A stretch of DNA of 64,000 bases from Methanobacteriota archaeon (GTDB lineage Archaea; Thermoplasmatota; Poseidoniia; Poseidoniales; Thalassarchaeaceae), in contig JABIKU010000002.1 of the NCBI GenBank assembly GCA_018654845.1, forward strand, positions 13,729 to 77,728, written 5' to 3'. Every line of letters starts with the position of its first letter. The first letter of the stretch is position 1. The translations under genes were made by a program, and so were the position numbers. Below, one piece after another: positions 19,376-29,734 of this stretch. The notes under the pieces are model-generated. The model saw only the letters and a list, made by a program, of their open reading frames with translations. It searched no databases and was not told the origin of the DNA.

Positions 19376-20985
19376 CTTTGACCGACCCTAATCCTGCGCG
19401 AAAAAAATCTGCCCACGATAAGGATTTCTTCAATCTTGAAGATTTCGAACAAAGAATTGTTGGATCTTACAATCAAGGTAATGCATCATCTAGTTTACCT
19501 GCAGATGCAGTTCATGCTCGGTCGCTAATTGGACCTGGTTCTGGCGTTCACAGGGATTTCTCTTACATCGCCACAGAAATCCCTGAATTCATTGCTGACC
19601 AATGTGTTGGATGCATGGATTGTGTAACAATGTGCCCAGATACTGCAATTCTTGGCAAGGTAGTAAGTGAAGAAACCCTTGAAGAAGGTCTTCTTGGTAT
19701 GAGTGAAGAGGCTGCTGAAGCGATGCAAGAAATGTGGCCACGCGTCAATAAATATTGGCGAAACCGAGAGAAAAAAGGCCAAACGCCTGGCAGATTTGGA
19801 ATATTTATTGACCCGAGCAAGTGCAAGGGTTGCGCAGAATGTGTCGATGTTTGTGGTTCAAAGAATGCTCTTACAATGGTTACGAAAGAAAAGAAAGGAC
19901 CTGAACAGCATCGAGCAGATTGGGATTTTTATACAAGCCTTGGCGATACGGATCAAGATTTTGTTAATGAAAAATCAGTCATAGATATAATGTTGAAAGA
20001 AAAATCTCTTCTCTATGTTGGAGGTGCTGGTTCATGTGCTGGATGTGGTGAAGCTACCGCACTTAGAATGATGGCCGCAGCAACCGGTTACGATTATGGC
20101 GCCGAAAATTTTGGTATTGTAAATTCAACGGGCTGCTCGACTGTTTATGGCTCGACATATCCGTACAATCCATGGTCAGTACCTTGGACAAACTCTCTTT
20201 TCGAAAATGGACCAACAGATGCGATGGGTGTCCGTGCGCGTTGGGATCAAATCGGTTGGGAGCAAAAGAAACTCTGGGTCATCGGCGGCGATGGCGCACT
20301 CTATGACATCGGATTTGGTGCATTATCGAGAATGTTATCTAGTGGAATGGACATTAAAGTCCTCGTATTAGATACTCAAGTTTACTCGAATACTGGAGGA
20401 CAGGCCTCGACAGCAACTTTTACTGGTCAAAATGCAAAAATGCAGGCTCATGGTTCAGCAATCGCTGGAAAACAAGAGTTCAGAAAAGAACTCGGTGCAA
20501 TCGCTGCGATGCACCCTCACACTTACGTTGCCCAAACTGTAACTAGTTTACCCAACCACTTCTATCGTGTTATTCGAGAAGCGAATGAGTTCAATGGTCC
20601 TGCCGTAGTTTCAGTTTATACTACCTGTCAGCCTGAACACGGGGTAGCTGACAATGCTAGTTATGAGCGCTCTAATATGGCATTGAAAACTCGAACTTGG
20701 CCTATTTTTGTACACGATCCAAGAAAGGGACCACGCTTCCAAGATTGTTGGGATTTGCGTGGAAACCCAAGTCCGAGAAATGACTGGCATCGAGTGAAAG
20801 ATGAAAATGGTGAATTTCAAGAATTGAAATTCAGAGATTTCGCTATCGGTGAAGGAAGATTTGGTAAGCAATTCAGTAAAGACGGTACCCCCTCAGAAAC
20901 AATTCTAGTCGGAGAAAATGATCGTCTGGCTTTTTGGAATCGGTTACAAGACATGGCTGGAATCGAAAGAAAAATCGAAGAATAA
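19372..20985 (+). CDS. Pyruvate/2-oxoacid:ferredoxin oxidoreductase, ferredoxin (delta) + TPP-binding beta domains
   Basis: CVGCMDCVTMCP and CKGCAECVDVC 4Fe-4S motifs; GSCAGCGE, TGCS, GGDGA, DTQVYSNTGGQ; ATGA overlap with the upstream gene. Confidence 0.92.
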   Translation: MTLTDPNPARKKSAHDKDFFNLEDFEQRIVGSYNQGNASSSLPADAVHARSLIGPGSGVHRDFSYIATEIPEFIADQCVGCMDCVTMCPDTAILGKVVSEETLEEGLLGMSEEAAEAMQEMWPRVNKYWRNREKKGQTPGRFGIFIDPSKCKGCAECVDVCGSKNALTMVTKEKKGPEQHRADWDFYTSLGDTDQDFVNEKSVIDIMLKEKSLLYVGGAGSCAGCGEATALRMMAAATGYDYGAENFGIVNSTGCSTVYGSTYPYNPWSVPWTNSLFENGPTDAMGVRARWDQIGWEQKKLWVIGGDGALYDIGFGALSRMLSSGMDIKVLVLDTQVYSNTGGQASTATFTGQNAKMQAHGSAIAGKQEFRKELGAIAAMHPHTYVAQTVTSLPNHFYRVIREANEFNGPAVVSVYTTCQPEHGVADNASYERSNMALKTRTWPIFVHDPRKGPRFQDCWDLRGNPSPRNDWHRVKDENGEFQELKFRDFAIGEGRFGKQFSKDGTPSETILVGENDRLAFWNRLQDMAGIERKIEE

Positions 20986-20991
20986 CAATGG

Positions 20992-21570
20992 TCAGGGCTT
21001 GCCCGGCCCAACTTGAATGACATGACATTCATGCACGGTTCGGACTCCGGCAACGGTAACTGCAGAATCTCCTGAGACACAGCGCTCACCATTCCAATCT
21101 CGCACTGTCTGCAAAACTGTTCCTTGACCTGCGAGATTGAGTGGGTCAACCTTCAATTCAATCATCATCGATTCTGCCTCCCCCATCCATGATAAAACGG
21201 CGTTGATTGATTTTCTAGCAAACCCGTGGCGTTGGGCAGAACTCCGAACCCAATAACCAAGATTCCATTTGGCTACGCTTGAGCGAGTGACATTATCGTA
21301 ACCAATTAGTCCAAGAAATCCATTATCCCAAGGACGAATCATCGCCCAATGATGCATTCTTCCAGTGCGCCCCAATCTCTCACTCTCTTCTAGAAAATCT
21401 TCAATTTGAGGTGGAATGGAGCGTTCTGGATTTATCCAAGGCATCGCCCTGCTAACTTCCGGCCAAGTTTCTTCAAATGCTTCAATCAATTCCTCTGCAT
21501 AATCCAACTTGACCGGTCGTAATACCAAGTTGTCATCGATACGGATTGAACTCGTCGTCCGCCGTACCAT
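20992..21570 (-). CDS. GNAT N-acetyltransferase, RimJ/RimL family
   Basis: LVLRP, MPW, LGYWVRSSAQRHGFA acetyl-CoA motif. Confidence 0.85.
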   Translation of the reverse strand: MVRRTTSSIRIDDNLVLRPVKLDYAEELIEAFEETWPEVSRAMPWINPERSIPPQIEDFLEESERLGRTGRMHHWAMIRPWDNGFLGLIGYDNVTRSSVAKWNLGYWVRSSAQRHGFARKSINAVLSWMGEAESMMIELKVDPLNLAGQGTVLQTVRDWNGERCVSGDSAVTVAGVRTVHECHVIQVGPGKP

Positions 21571-21623
21571 ATCGACATGGAGTTAGACCTCAGACATCAG
21601 GGCTACGGAAAGAAGATGCCTAT

Positions 21624-22793
21624 TCATGGTCGCAATTTAGATTTAGCAAGTCTGATATTTGAGTCGTTTGGGTAATTATTTTCGGCCATTGTTAGCATTT
21701 TATCAACCGATTGTGAACGACCAATTCTCTGCAATAAAGCTCCGATTGGATAGATTAATTTCGTCCGCTCACCCAGATGTGGGCCAACCTCATCAAGCAA
21801 CGTCGTTGCTTGAGCTGTATTCTTAGCCCGAGCTGCTTCCATCGCCGATTTTACCGCCAATGCAACCTTTCGATCTGGCCATTCTTCCTGTTGATCCCAT
21901 GGCCAGTAATTCATCTGAGGTTTTGACGCTGAAGTTAGGATATTATTGCCGGAAATAGGTGGTATTTTCGGAGGAGATGGGATCGATGGAATTTGAGGGG
22001 GAGGGGGGATGTTTGGAGGAGGAGGGATTGGTGCAGGTTCCGGTTCTGGTTCAAGTTCTTCTTCACCGAGAATTCTCGATGTTAGATCAGCTTTTGTTCC
22101 CTCGGTTGAAAGCCCTTCTTGAGTTGCGATTGAAATCAATTCATTCTTCGGTTTCTTCATTAAATTCGTGAAAGAAAATGGTTCAGGTTCAGGCTCAGGT
22201 TCCGGTTCAGGTTCAGACTCAAGTTCAGGCTCAGGTTCCGGTTCAGGTTCGGGCTCAGGTTCGGGCTCAGGCTCGGATTCAGGTTTCGATTCTGGTACAC
22301 CCACCGGTTGAATCAATTCTAATTTCTTATGTTGAATAACTTCTAAAGGTTCCAATTCTTCATCAGGAATTTCAAACTTTGTCACGAATTCAGGAGCATC
22401 CTCTGGTTTGAGATCATAATCTTCTTCTTCTTCATCTACGGGTTCAGGATGGTCGACTGTCATCGCAAGTATTGGATCTCCTTTCATGATAACTCCATTG
22501 TCATCACCATATTGTTGAATATCGATTGTGACATCATCGATTTCAAAGGTCATCTTCGACCAATCTATGATTTCTTCTTCATTTTCTTTATCTATATCGG
22601 CTAGCAGTTCATCGAATAGGTTTCCTGCATCCGCCTCGGCTACTGTCGCATCTTGCTGATGAGCCGCCTTCTGAAGTTGGTATTGACAAGTGCTACAACT
22701 CTCAGCATCGACTGAGTTTTTTTGTTGACAAAGGGGGCACTCAATGCCGGTTTCTTCCTCCTTTCTCCACTTTTTGAAACGGTCAAAGACCAT
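21624..22793 (-). CDS. Hypothetical protein: Zn-ribbon, acidic linker, PE repeats, SAP-like motif, Pro-rich stretch, helical C-terminus
   Basis: CPLC...CSTC; (PE)n; [32 protein letters not shown]. Confidence 0.7.
   Translation of the reverse strand: MVFDRFKKWRKEEETGIECPLCQQKNSVDAESCSTCQYQLQKAAHQQDATVAEADAGNLFDELLADIDKENEEEIIDWSKMTFEIDDVTIDIQQYGDDNGVIMKGDPILAMTVDHPEPVDEEEEDYDLKPEDAPEFVTKFEIPDEELEPLEVIQHKKLELIQPVGVPESKPESEPEPEPEPEPEPEPEPELESEPEPEPEPEPEPFSFTNLMKKPKNELISIATQEGLSTEGTKADLTSRILGEEELEPEPEPAPIPPPPNIPPPPQIPSIPSPPKIPPISGNNILTSASKPQMNYWPWDQQEEWPDRKVALAVKSAMEAARAKNTAQATTLLDEVGPHLGERTKLIYPIGALLQRIGRSQSVDKMLTMAENNYPNDSNIRLAKSKLRP
22180..22295 (-). repeat. Degenerate 6-nt coding tandem repeat encoding (Pro-Glu)n
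   Basis: ggttca/ggctca/ggttcc hexamers on the + strand. Confidence 0.85.
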
Positions 22794-22930
22794 GGTACAC
22801 CCCGTATGACGTTTACACTCGCGAAAACATTCCGTATAATCCTCACTCGGTCATGGACTATCCATAGTAGGGGTGACTACGAAGAAAACTCACGAGAAAG
22901 CGTGATGAGTTTGATTGGTCACGAAGGGGC

Positions 22931-24856
22931 GTGAGTGATAGTCGCGCGGATATCCCAGCACGGTTTCAGCGGAGCCAAGATCATCACGAAGCCTATCTGA
23001 AATTGATTCGATGGGAATTAGATGATGAGATGGATGCAGTAACTGAAAAGTTGCAAAATTGGCCTCAAAAAAAGCTTGAAGCAAACGGAATAACCATATT
23101 CAATTTAGTTGGAAAGGCAGCAGGATGGTTATTCGGACAAAGAATTATAAAATTTACCAGTAAAGGCCGAGGGCCTCTCGGCGTACATCGATTTCGTCAA
23201 GGTGATATTGTCTTACTTTCAAGGAAAGATCCACTCAATGAATTGCCAGTTGAAGGAGTGATTTCATCGACAAGTCGGGCATCTATTAATGTAATATTAT
23301 CCGATATTCCAAAAGACCTGCGTAAAGATTCGTGGAGACTTGACAAAGGTGCTAATCGGGTTGCTTTTGATCGAATGCGAGATGCATTGAACACTGTTTT
23401 CGAAGAAGATGCTGGTGCTCCTTTGCGTGAATTAATTTTAGGATTAGTTCACGACCCGGTTGGTACCTCCGCTTTGACGCCGGAATTAGGCGGTGCACGA
23501 AACCGGACAACAACGCTTGCACCCGACCTCAACGAACCGCAATTATTAGCAGCGGAAGCAGCAATATCTCGACGATTTACTCTGATACAAGGCCCTCCAG
23601 GAACGGGTAAAACGCACACTGCAGTTAGAATTCTCGAAGCTTGGTCAAAACAAGATGTAGGTACAATACTCGCCACTGCGGATTCGAATGTTGCCGTCGA
23701 TAATTTACTCGAAGGGCTGTTGGCCCGAGGAGTTCGGGCGATTCGACTCGGACAGCCAGTCAAAGTTCGAGCAAGTTTACGAGCTGCAACTGTAGATGCC
23801 CATATGGAAAACCATCCTTTGCGACGAGATTTAGATACCCAATTAGAATTGAATGAAAAACTCAATCGTCGAATTAGTTCAATGAAAGGAAAAGAAAAAG
23901 GTCTCGCTCATCGAGATTTGAAACTCGGTTGGAAAGAAGTGAGAAAAATCGAAAATCAAATGCGGGATGATATCCTTGATCGAGCCCAAGTTCTCTGTTG
24001 TACCTGCATTGGTTCAGGCCACACTTTGCTCGATGGAAAAAGATTCCCTCAAGTTCTGATCGATGAAGCAACGCAAGCAACAGAACCTGCCGCTCTAGTG
24101 CCACTTATTCGCGGCGCGCGCCAAGTTGTTCTCGTTGGTGATCATCGACAATTGCCGCCGACAGTTATTTCATATCGGGCGGAAAACGGAGGACTGCGGC
24201 GCTCTTTATTCGAAAGAATGGTTGAGATGGGAATCGAACCATATCTGCTGACCAAACAGTACCGAATGCATCCAGCGATCTCAAAATTTCCTAATGACCA
24301 ATTCTATAATAGCCAGCTAGAAGATGGGGTCAGCGCGGCAAACAGAACTGCTCCAGCAGGACTTCTCTGGCCGGACTGGGAAAATCCAGTTGCATTCCTG
24401 CCGGTAAAAGGTGGAGAAGTGGTATCTCCTGATGGAACATCGAGAGAAAATCCAACCGAAGTTGCTTGGATCATTCGAATCCTCGATGATTTTCTCGATG
24501 CTGGAGAATTAGAGAAAGGAGACATCGGAGTAATCACACCATATGCAGGACAAGTTCGGGCGATTCGGCACAGTATGCGTGAAGCTCTGGATGATATTGA
24601 GGTTAGGAGCGTGGATGGTTATCAAGGACGCGAAAAAGAAGTCATCATATTTTCGTGTGTAAGATCGAATGATGATGGCAATATTGGCTTCCTTTCTGAT
24701 CCACGTCGACTGAATGTTGCGTTAACTAGAGCGAAGCGTGGTTTAATCGTCATTGGGGACCCAGATACGCTCCGCAGTGACCCGATTTGGACAAATTGGT
24801 TAGAGTACGTTAGCAGTCGGAACTTTGAGGCGTGGCACCTTCTCGGAATGGCTTGA
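22931..24856 (+). CDS. Superfamily 1 helicase, UPF1/IGHMBP2 (DNA2/NAM7)-like
   Basis: QGPPGTGKT, SNVAVDNL, DEATQ, GDHRQLPP, SLFER, QYRMHP, VDGYQGREK, RRLNVALTRAK. Confidence 0.93.
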   Translation: MSDSRADIPARFQRSQDHHEAYLKLIRWELDDEMDAVTEKLQNWPQKKLEANGITIFNLVGKAAGWLFGQRIIKFTSKGRGPLGVHRFRQGDIVLLSRKDPLNELPVEGVISSTSRASINVILSDIPKDLRKDSWRLDKGANRVAFDRMRDALNTVFEEDAGAPLRELILGLVHDPVGTSALTPELGGARNRTTTLAPDLNEPQLLAAEAAISRRFTLIQGPPGTGKTHTAVRILEAWSKQDVGTILATADSNVAVDNLLEGLLARGVRAIRLGQPVKVRASLRAATVDAHMENHPLRRDLDTQLELNEKLNRRISSMKGKEKGLAHRDLKLGWKEVRKIENQMRDDILDRAQVLCCTCIGSGHTLLDGKRFPQVLIDEATQATEPAALVPLIRGARQVVLVGDHRQLPPTVISYRAENGGLRRSLFERMVEMGIEPYLLTKQYRMHPAISKFPNDQFYNSQLEDGVSAANRTAPAGLLWPDWENPVAFLPVKGGEVVSPDGTSRENPTEVAWIIRILDDFLDAGELEKGDIGVITPYAGQVRAIRHSMREALDDIEVRSVDGYQGREKEVIIFSCVRSNDDGNIGFLSDPRRLNVALTRAKRGLIVIGDPDTLRSDPIWTNWLEYVSSRNFEAWHLLGMA

Positions 24857-24867
24857 GAGTGCAGAAT

Positions 24868-25443
24868 ATGTCAAGCCACGACTCGCCGATCTCATTATCT
24901 GGTTCAGCAACAAATTTAGCAAAATCAATCGTTGCTGAAGACGGTGGTCATTGGCCTGTTCCAGAAGGTACAATCCTAGCTTCTGCAGTACGCAGACTCA
25001 CTGCATTTGTTCTCGATAGTATTATCGTCTCTTCAATATTGATGGTTGCAACAAGAGGATTATTGATAGATGCGTGGAACCTAACATTATGGGTATCGAA
25101 GGATTTTCATTTTGCGCTCGCGATGGTTTTGATTTTGCTAGTAACTCACTGGCTTTATTGGCGCTTAACGGGCGTTCACTACTCCCGCTCTTTAGGGCAG
25201 AAAATGATGGGACTTGCCGTGGTTGCTGAAGATGGCTCTGAGATGACGAGCGAAATGTGGGATCAACGATCTGCTCGGAAGCTCCTCTATCTGATTTTTC
25301 CTTTCAGTGCTTACTTCGGCGGGTACGATTTGCTGAGAATTACCCGTCGACACACTCATCAATCAAATGTAGATTTACACGTTGGTTCAATCGTAGTCCA
25401 TTCTTTCTCTTTGCCGCCAGCAATGCGTCAGCACATCAAGTAG
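24868..25443 (+). CDS. RDD family membrane protein
   Basis: LASAVRRLTAFVLD, SLGQKMMGLAVV. Confidence 0.85.
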   Translation: MSSHDSPISLSGSATNLAKSIVAEDGGHWPVPEGTILASAVRRLTAFVLDSIIVSSILMVATRGLLIDAWNLTLWVSKDFHFALAMVLILLVTHWLYWRLTGVHYSRSLGQKMMGLAVVAEDGSEMTSEMWDQRSARKLLYLIFPFSAYFGGYDLLRITRRHTHQSNVDLHVGSIVVHSFSLPPAMRQHIK

Positions 25444-25451
25444 GTGAATGA

Positions 25452-26054
25452 ATGAATGATGCGATAACGGTGGTCGAAGCCGGTGGAATCATTGTCTATC
25501 CAACCTCGACTCAGCCGGCTCTCGGATGTTTGCCAACATCGGCTGCTCTCGATAAATTATTTAATGCAAAAAACCGCTCTGCGGAAATGCCGGTTAGCCT
25601 AGGTGTTGCTAATCTTTCACAGGCAGCGGCACTCGTTGAAGTTCCTGAAATGTTAGAAGGATTTCTAGCATCATTTCCAAAAGGTGCAATTACGGTAATC
25701 CTTCCTGCTCTGAGCCCTCTGGATTCACGTTTAGGAGAAGAAAAAATTGCTATTCGAGTAGTATCACATCCAACTGCGAAGACTTTGTTGCAACAAGTTG
25801 GCCCTCTCACTGCAACTTCTGCAAATATCAGTGGTGAAAAGCCGTACTTGAATTGCAAAGATGCTGCAATTGCGCTCTCCAAAGGGAAGAAAAATCTAGC
25901 ATTTATCGCTGGAATTTGCTCCAATGGGCCACCCAGCACCTTGATATCATGGCATTCAGCCTGTGATTCACCCGCGTGTCCGGACATCGTCGTATTGAGA
26001 GAAGGATTGGTAAAAAAATTGGAGATTCAAGCATGGTTGAAGAATCAGATTTGA
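25452..26054 (+). CDS. L-threonylcarbamoyladenylate synthase (YrdC/TsaC domain only)
   Basis: IVYPT, AKNR, IAIRV, PLTATSANISG, PSTL. Confidence 0.88.
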   Translation: MNDAITVVEAGGIIVYPTSTQPALGCLPTSAALDKLFNAKNRSAEMPVSLGVANLSQAAALVEVPEMLEGFLASFPKGAITVILPALSPLDSRLGEEKIAIRVVSHPTAKTLLQQVGPLTATSANISGEKPYLNCKDAAIALSKGKKNLAFIAGICSNGPPSTLISWHSACDSPACPDIVVLREGLVKKLEIQAWLKNQI

Positions 26055-27043
26055 AACAATGGCGGGATGCTGGCCATGTTGCTCGCCGAACTCTAGAAGG
26101 AATTCAAGACGAGATTATCGAAGGAAAAGCTTGGATTGATGTTATTGACTCAGCTGAGAGATTTATTCGCCGACACGGTGGTGAAGCGGCTTTCCCTGTC
26201 ACTATTTCTGTCAATGAAATCGCTGCTCACTTCACCGCCGATCATCTAAACCGACCTCCAGAGGGTTGGGAAGAGCCGATGGTTTTTCAGAAAGGTGATC
26301 TTGTCAAACTCGATGTCGGCGTTCATATCAAAGGTGCTCTAGCAGATAATGCGATGACTATTGAAGTTGGAAATGGCGGAAATCACACCGAACAAATCAA
26401 GGCTGCTTTAGAATCACGAGATGCTGCTATTGAGATGATGCACCCCGGCGTTGAATGGTACAAGATTGGTGCGGCTGCAGAACAGGTAAACATCGATGCA
26501 GGTTTTGAATCAGTTCGCAATCTCTCTGGTCATCAATTAGAGAGATGGAATCTGCACGCAGGCACGTCTGTTCCATCATATGCCTGCGGACCTAATTCTA
26601 ACTTCAAGGGTGGAACTGAGGTCGGCGGAATCTACGCAATTGAACCATTCAATACTACAGGAAAAAGTGGAATGATTGAGAATATTCCACCTGCGAGTTC
26701 ATCAAACATTCTTCGAATAACAGGGAATGTGAAGATTAGGAAAGCACTCTCAAAGGGTAAACTCAAACCACTCGGAGCAACCCTTGCTCGATATATGGAA
26801 GAGCGATACAATACTTTGCCATTTGCTGAAAGATGGGCATTTCCATTATTGGAGAAACCTTTCCCGGATGAAGATGAGGATGCTCTCCAGAAAAAATGGG
26901 ATGCATTGATCAAGAAACTAATTTCTATTCGTTTCTTAGAAGTTTACGCCGCACTCAGAGATGTCGATGGCGGCGATGTCGGGCAATTCGAACACACTGT
27001 TATTGTTACAGAAGGTGGCCCCGAAATTCTCACCGTCGCTTAA
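26033..27043 (+). CDS. map: Methionine aminopeptidase type II
   Basis: AFPVTISVNEIAAH, KLDVGVH, LSGH, LHAG, AIEPF, QFEHTVIV; start ATG 26033. Confidence 0.95.
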   Translation: MVEESDLKQWRDAGHVARRTLEGIQDEIIEGKAWIDVIDSAERFIRRHGGEAAFPVTISVNEIAAHFTADHLNRPPEGWEEPMVFQKGDLVKLDVGVHIKGALADNAMTIEVGNGGNHTEQIKAALESRDAAIEMMHPGVEWYKIGAAAEQVNIDAGFESVRNLSGHQLERWNLHAGTSVPSYACGPNSNFKGGTEVGGIYAIEPFNTTGKSGMIENIPPASSSNILRITGNVKIRKALSKGKLKPLGATLARYMEERYNTLPFAERWAFPLLEKPFPDEDEDALQKKWDALIKKLISIRFLEVYAALRDVDGGDVGQFEHTVIVTEGGPEILTVA

Positions 27044-27266
27044 ATGAGTCTCAATACAGCGTTTTCGCAATTTTCTAAGATATTTCGCATAACGATTATC
27101 AATCGAACACCCGTATGAGGGTTCGTACAGGGACGTTAGGTTCTGTTGAGTGCATCCCATCCCCTCGCTAATATCTCTCGCTCTGTACACCTAAATTCAA
27201 ACGGCTGTTAGGCTTTTTTTGCGATATTAAGAGAAAGTTCCTTTCGATGAATGCTCATCTCAAAGC

Positions 27267-28043
27267 ATGCCAGATGGCGACTCGGACCATGAGGAGGGTT
27301 TCGATGGTGATGAATTTGATGAAGATTGGGATGATGAAAATATTGATGATGAGTTCGATTTCATTGAAATCGTAAAATCAACTCTAAATTTATTACTCCG
27401 ATTTAGATTACCACTAATCGCGATACTCCTCGTTGGAATATTAATTGGCTCAGCAACAATAGTCGTTCCGATGTTATTTGCAAAAGAAGAGGTGAGCGGT
27501 CCGCAATCCCACCTCTGGAGGTTTGATGTCCAGCGAGTGAACGGAGGAACGGATCACAGCGTATTTGTCGAAGACGGAACTACCGAAGAAATATCCTTTG
27601 TCTTTGAACAACCAACTAATGTTTCACACGTCTATGTCGGTGCGCACTTTAGCGAAAATAACGAAAATGTTGGAATAAATCTTTGTGATTATGTGACCGT
27701 TGTCATCAATTTGCAAACCGTAAATCGTACCGATAGATACGAAACTAGTCAAACTGAATCACGAACTAATGATTGTAATGTAGAAGGTGATGCAATTTGG
27801 TACCACTACAATCTCACACTGCCATCAATTATTGAATTTGAAGGAACTGAAGAAGATGCTCGATCCCAATGGGAAAATGTTGTGGGAACCGGCGTTGGGA
27901 TTTGGATTATCGAGATTACTGTCGATTCTCAATCTATTTTAGTTGATGAGGGTGAGGATGTGGATATCACGATTATTTCTGAAGAATTTCAAGTATCGAT
28001 GGTCATCATCGAAGAGAGTGAAAATCCTCAAATCGAATCTTGA
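27267..28043 (+). CDS. Hypothetical membrane-anchored protein (acidic N-terminus, one TM, beta-rich ectodomain)
   Basis: ORF with a single hydrophobic segment; no family recognised. Confidence 0.65.
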   Translation: MPDGDSDHEEGFDGDEFDEDWDDENIDDEFDFIEIVKSTLNLLLRFRLPLIAILLVGILIGSATIVVPMLFAKEEVSGPQSHLWRFDVQRVNGGTDHSVFVEDGTTEEISFVFEQPTNVSHVYVGAHFSENNENVGINLCDYVTVVINLQTVNRTDRYETSQTESRTNDCNVEGDAIWYHYNLTLPSIIEFEGTEEDARSQWENVVGTGVGIWIIEITVDSQSILVDEGEDVDITIISEEFQVSMVIIEESENPQIES

Positions 28044-28077
28044 TGGCTTACTTGAATGGAGTGAATTCAAACCTTAT

Positions 28078-28998
28078 TCAGGCTTCGATTTCTGTATTCT
28101 CAGCACGTCCAAATAGAGTTACAGCGATGATTGCAGAGAAAATCAAAAACATTCCTAATGCCTGTTGCGTAGAGGGTTGTTCTGAAAGCAAGAGAATACC
28201 CCATAAAATGGTAAGAATCGGTTGAAGAAGAACTGCAAATGATGTATGGGCAGCAGGGAGGCGAGGGAGTGCATAGGTAATCGCTATCCAACCTATAACT
28301 TGGCAAGAAAGTGCGAGAATTAGTAACCAACCATGACCTGGAAATGTAATTGAAAAGTCTAGAGGTTCAATCCCACTGCTTGATAATGGCAAAAGGCCGA
28401 CTAAAAGTATACCACTGGCAGCGCCGGCTGTAGCGTCTAGTTGGAGATTTACTGATGGCGCTTGGACGCGATTGGAGTACCTATAGAGAATTAAGAAAGA
28501 CGAGTAGAATATTGCTGCAAACACACCTCCTATTACTCCTTTCACTGGATCTGAACCGTATGGATTCTCATCCCAAATTCCTGAAATTAACAGTAACCCG
28601 AGCATAACGATCGGTAGAGCAAAGAGAATGTAGCGATTTGGTCTCTCTCCAAACAGCCACCAACTTGCTAATGTTACGATAATAACTTGTGAATTACCAA
28701 TCATGGTAGCAATTCCGCTTCCAATGAAATCTATAGCACTGTGGTATCCAAGGAAATCAATGGCGAGCAGAACTCCGGCTCCAAAGGCCAGCATACGATC
28801 TCGTCTATTTCGTAAATCGTTACGTTTCAGTAACCAAACTAATGCTGCGAGCATCGGCAATGCGTAGAACATTCGAAAGAATGCCCCGGTTAACGGCGCT
28901 GTGTCAGATTGAATGTACAATAGCGGAGCAAAAGAAATCAGAGTAGCTCCTGCTAAAGCGATAACCATGGTTCGACGGTCTTCCCTGACCGCTGTCAT
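28078..28998 (-). CDS. DMT/EamA family transporter
   Basis: About 10 TM helices; FFRM, LFGERP, LLQP...LLSEQP. Confidence 0.9.
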   Translation of the reverse strand: MTAVREDRRTMVIALAGATLISFAPLLYIQSDTAPLTGAFFRMFYALPMLAALVWLLKRNDLRNRRDRMLAFGAGVLLAIDFLGYHSAIDFIGSGIATMIGNSQVIIVTLASWWLFGERPNRYILFALPIVMLGLLLISGIWDENPYGSDPVKGVIGGVFAAIFYSSFLILYRYSNRVQAPSVNLQLDATAGAASGILLVGLLPLSSSGIEPLDFSITFPGHGWLLILALSCQVIGWIAITYALPRLPAAHTSFAVLLQPILTILWGILLLSEQPSTQQALGMFLIFSAIIAVTLFGRAENTEIEA

Positions 28999-29007
28999 AT
29001 GAGCACC

Positions 29008-29343
29008 TCAGTTTGATTTCTCGCTACTAATCATCTCTTGCAATTCGCCGCTTTCATACATTTCCAGAGCGATGTCTGAACCACCAATCAGTTCTCCGTG
29101 AATGTAAATTTGTGGCATTGTTGGAAAATCTGCCCAAGCACAAACCGAAGGTATAGCCCTAGGATCGGTGAGAATATTGACGGAGGCAAATGGCACGCCA
29201 ACTTGTTGCAGAACCTTTGCCGCACGATTGCTAAAACCACATCGCGGTTCTTCTGGCGTACCTTTCATAAATAGGACGATTGAATGTTCGTCAACGATTG
29301 CTTGCAATTCTTCTGGTGTCCAATTAAAACTCATAATATTCAC
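29008..29343 (-). CDS. grxD: Monothiol glutaredoxin, Grx4 family
   Basis: LFMKGTPEEPRCGFS, FPTMPQIY, GGSDI. Confidence 0.93.
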   Translation of the reverse strand: MNIMSFNWTPEELQAIVDEHSIVLFMKGTPEEPRCGFSNRAAKVLQQVGVPFASVNILTDPRAIPSVCAWADFPTMPQIYIHGELIGGSDIALEMYESGELQEMISSEKSN

Positions 29344-29666
29344 TCCTTTTTCTCTCTTCGAATATGAATTCCGAAAAATTCTGTTTCTTTCCCCTTATGT
29401 GGATCAAACTTGGTTTCTCCCAATGCTGTTTCTTGATCTGGAGTCATGCACTTTAGGTCAAGTGCGTGTACGGTATTTGTCACAATATACTGTTTGAAAT
29501 GCGCGAGTATTGGGCGTTGACGTTGCAACGGACGTTGACCTTCATAAGATTGTGAAATTACTCTAACGTGAAAGTGATCGCCTGTTCCGTGTAAATCAGT
29601 GGCTTCGATGATGGCGCTTGGAACAACTTTGCCAACCTCATCAACCACCCACTGCTCTGTTACCAT
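29340..29666 (-). CDS. BolA/IbaG family protein
   Basis: GTGDHFHVRVIS, HAL motif; adjacent to Grx4. Confidence 0.9.
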   Translation of the reverse strand: MVTEQWVVDEVGKVVPSAIIEATDLHGTGDHFHVRVISQSYEGQRPLQRQRPILAHFKQYIVTNTVHALDLKCMTPDQETALGETKFDPHKGKETEFFGIHIRREKKE

Positions 29667-29734
29667 ACAACCTGTTGCTGAGGTAGGTATGTTTTGAATG
29701 CTCGCAGTAAGTTCATAGAAGAAGAAATTATGTT

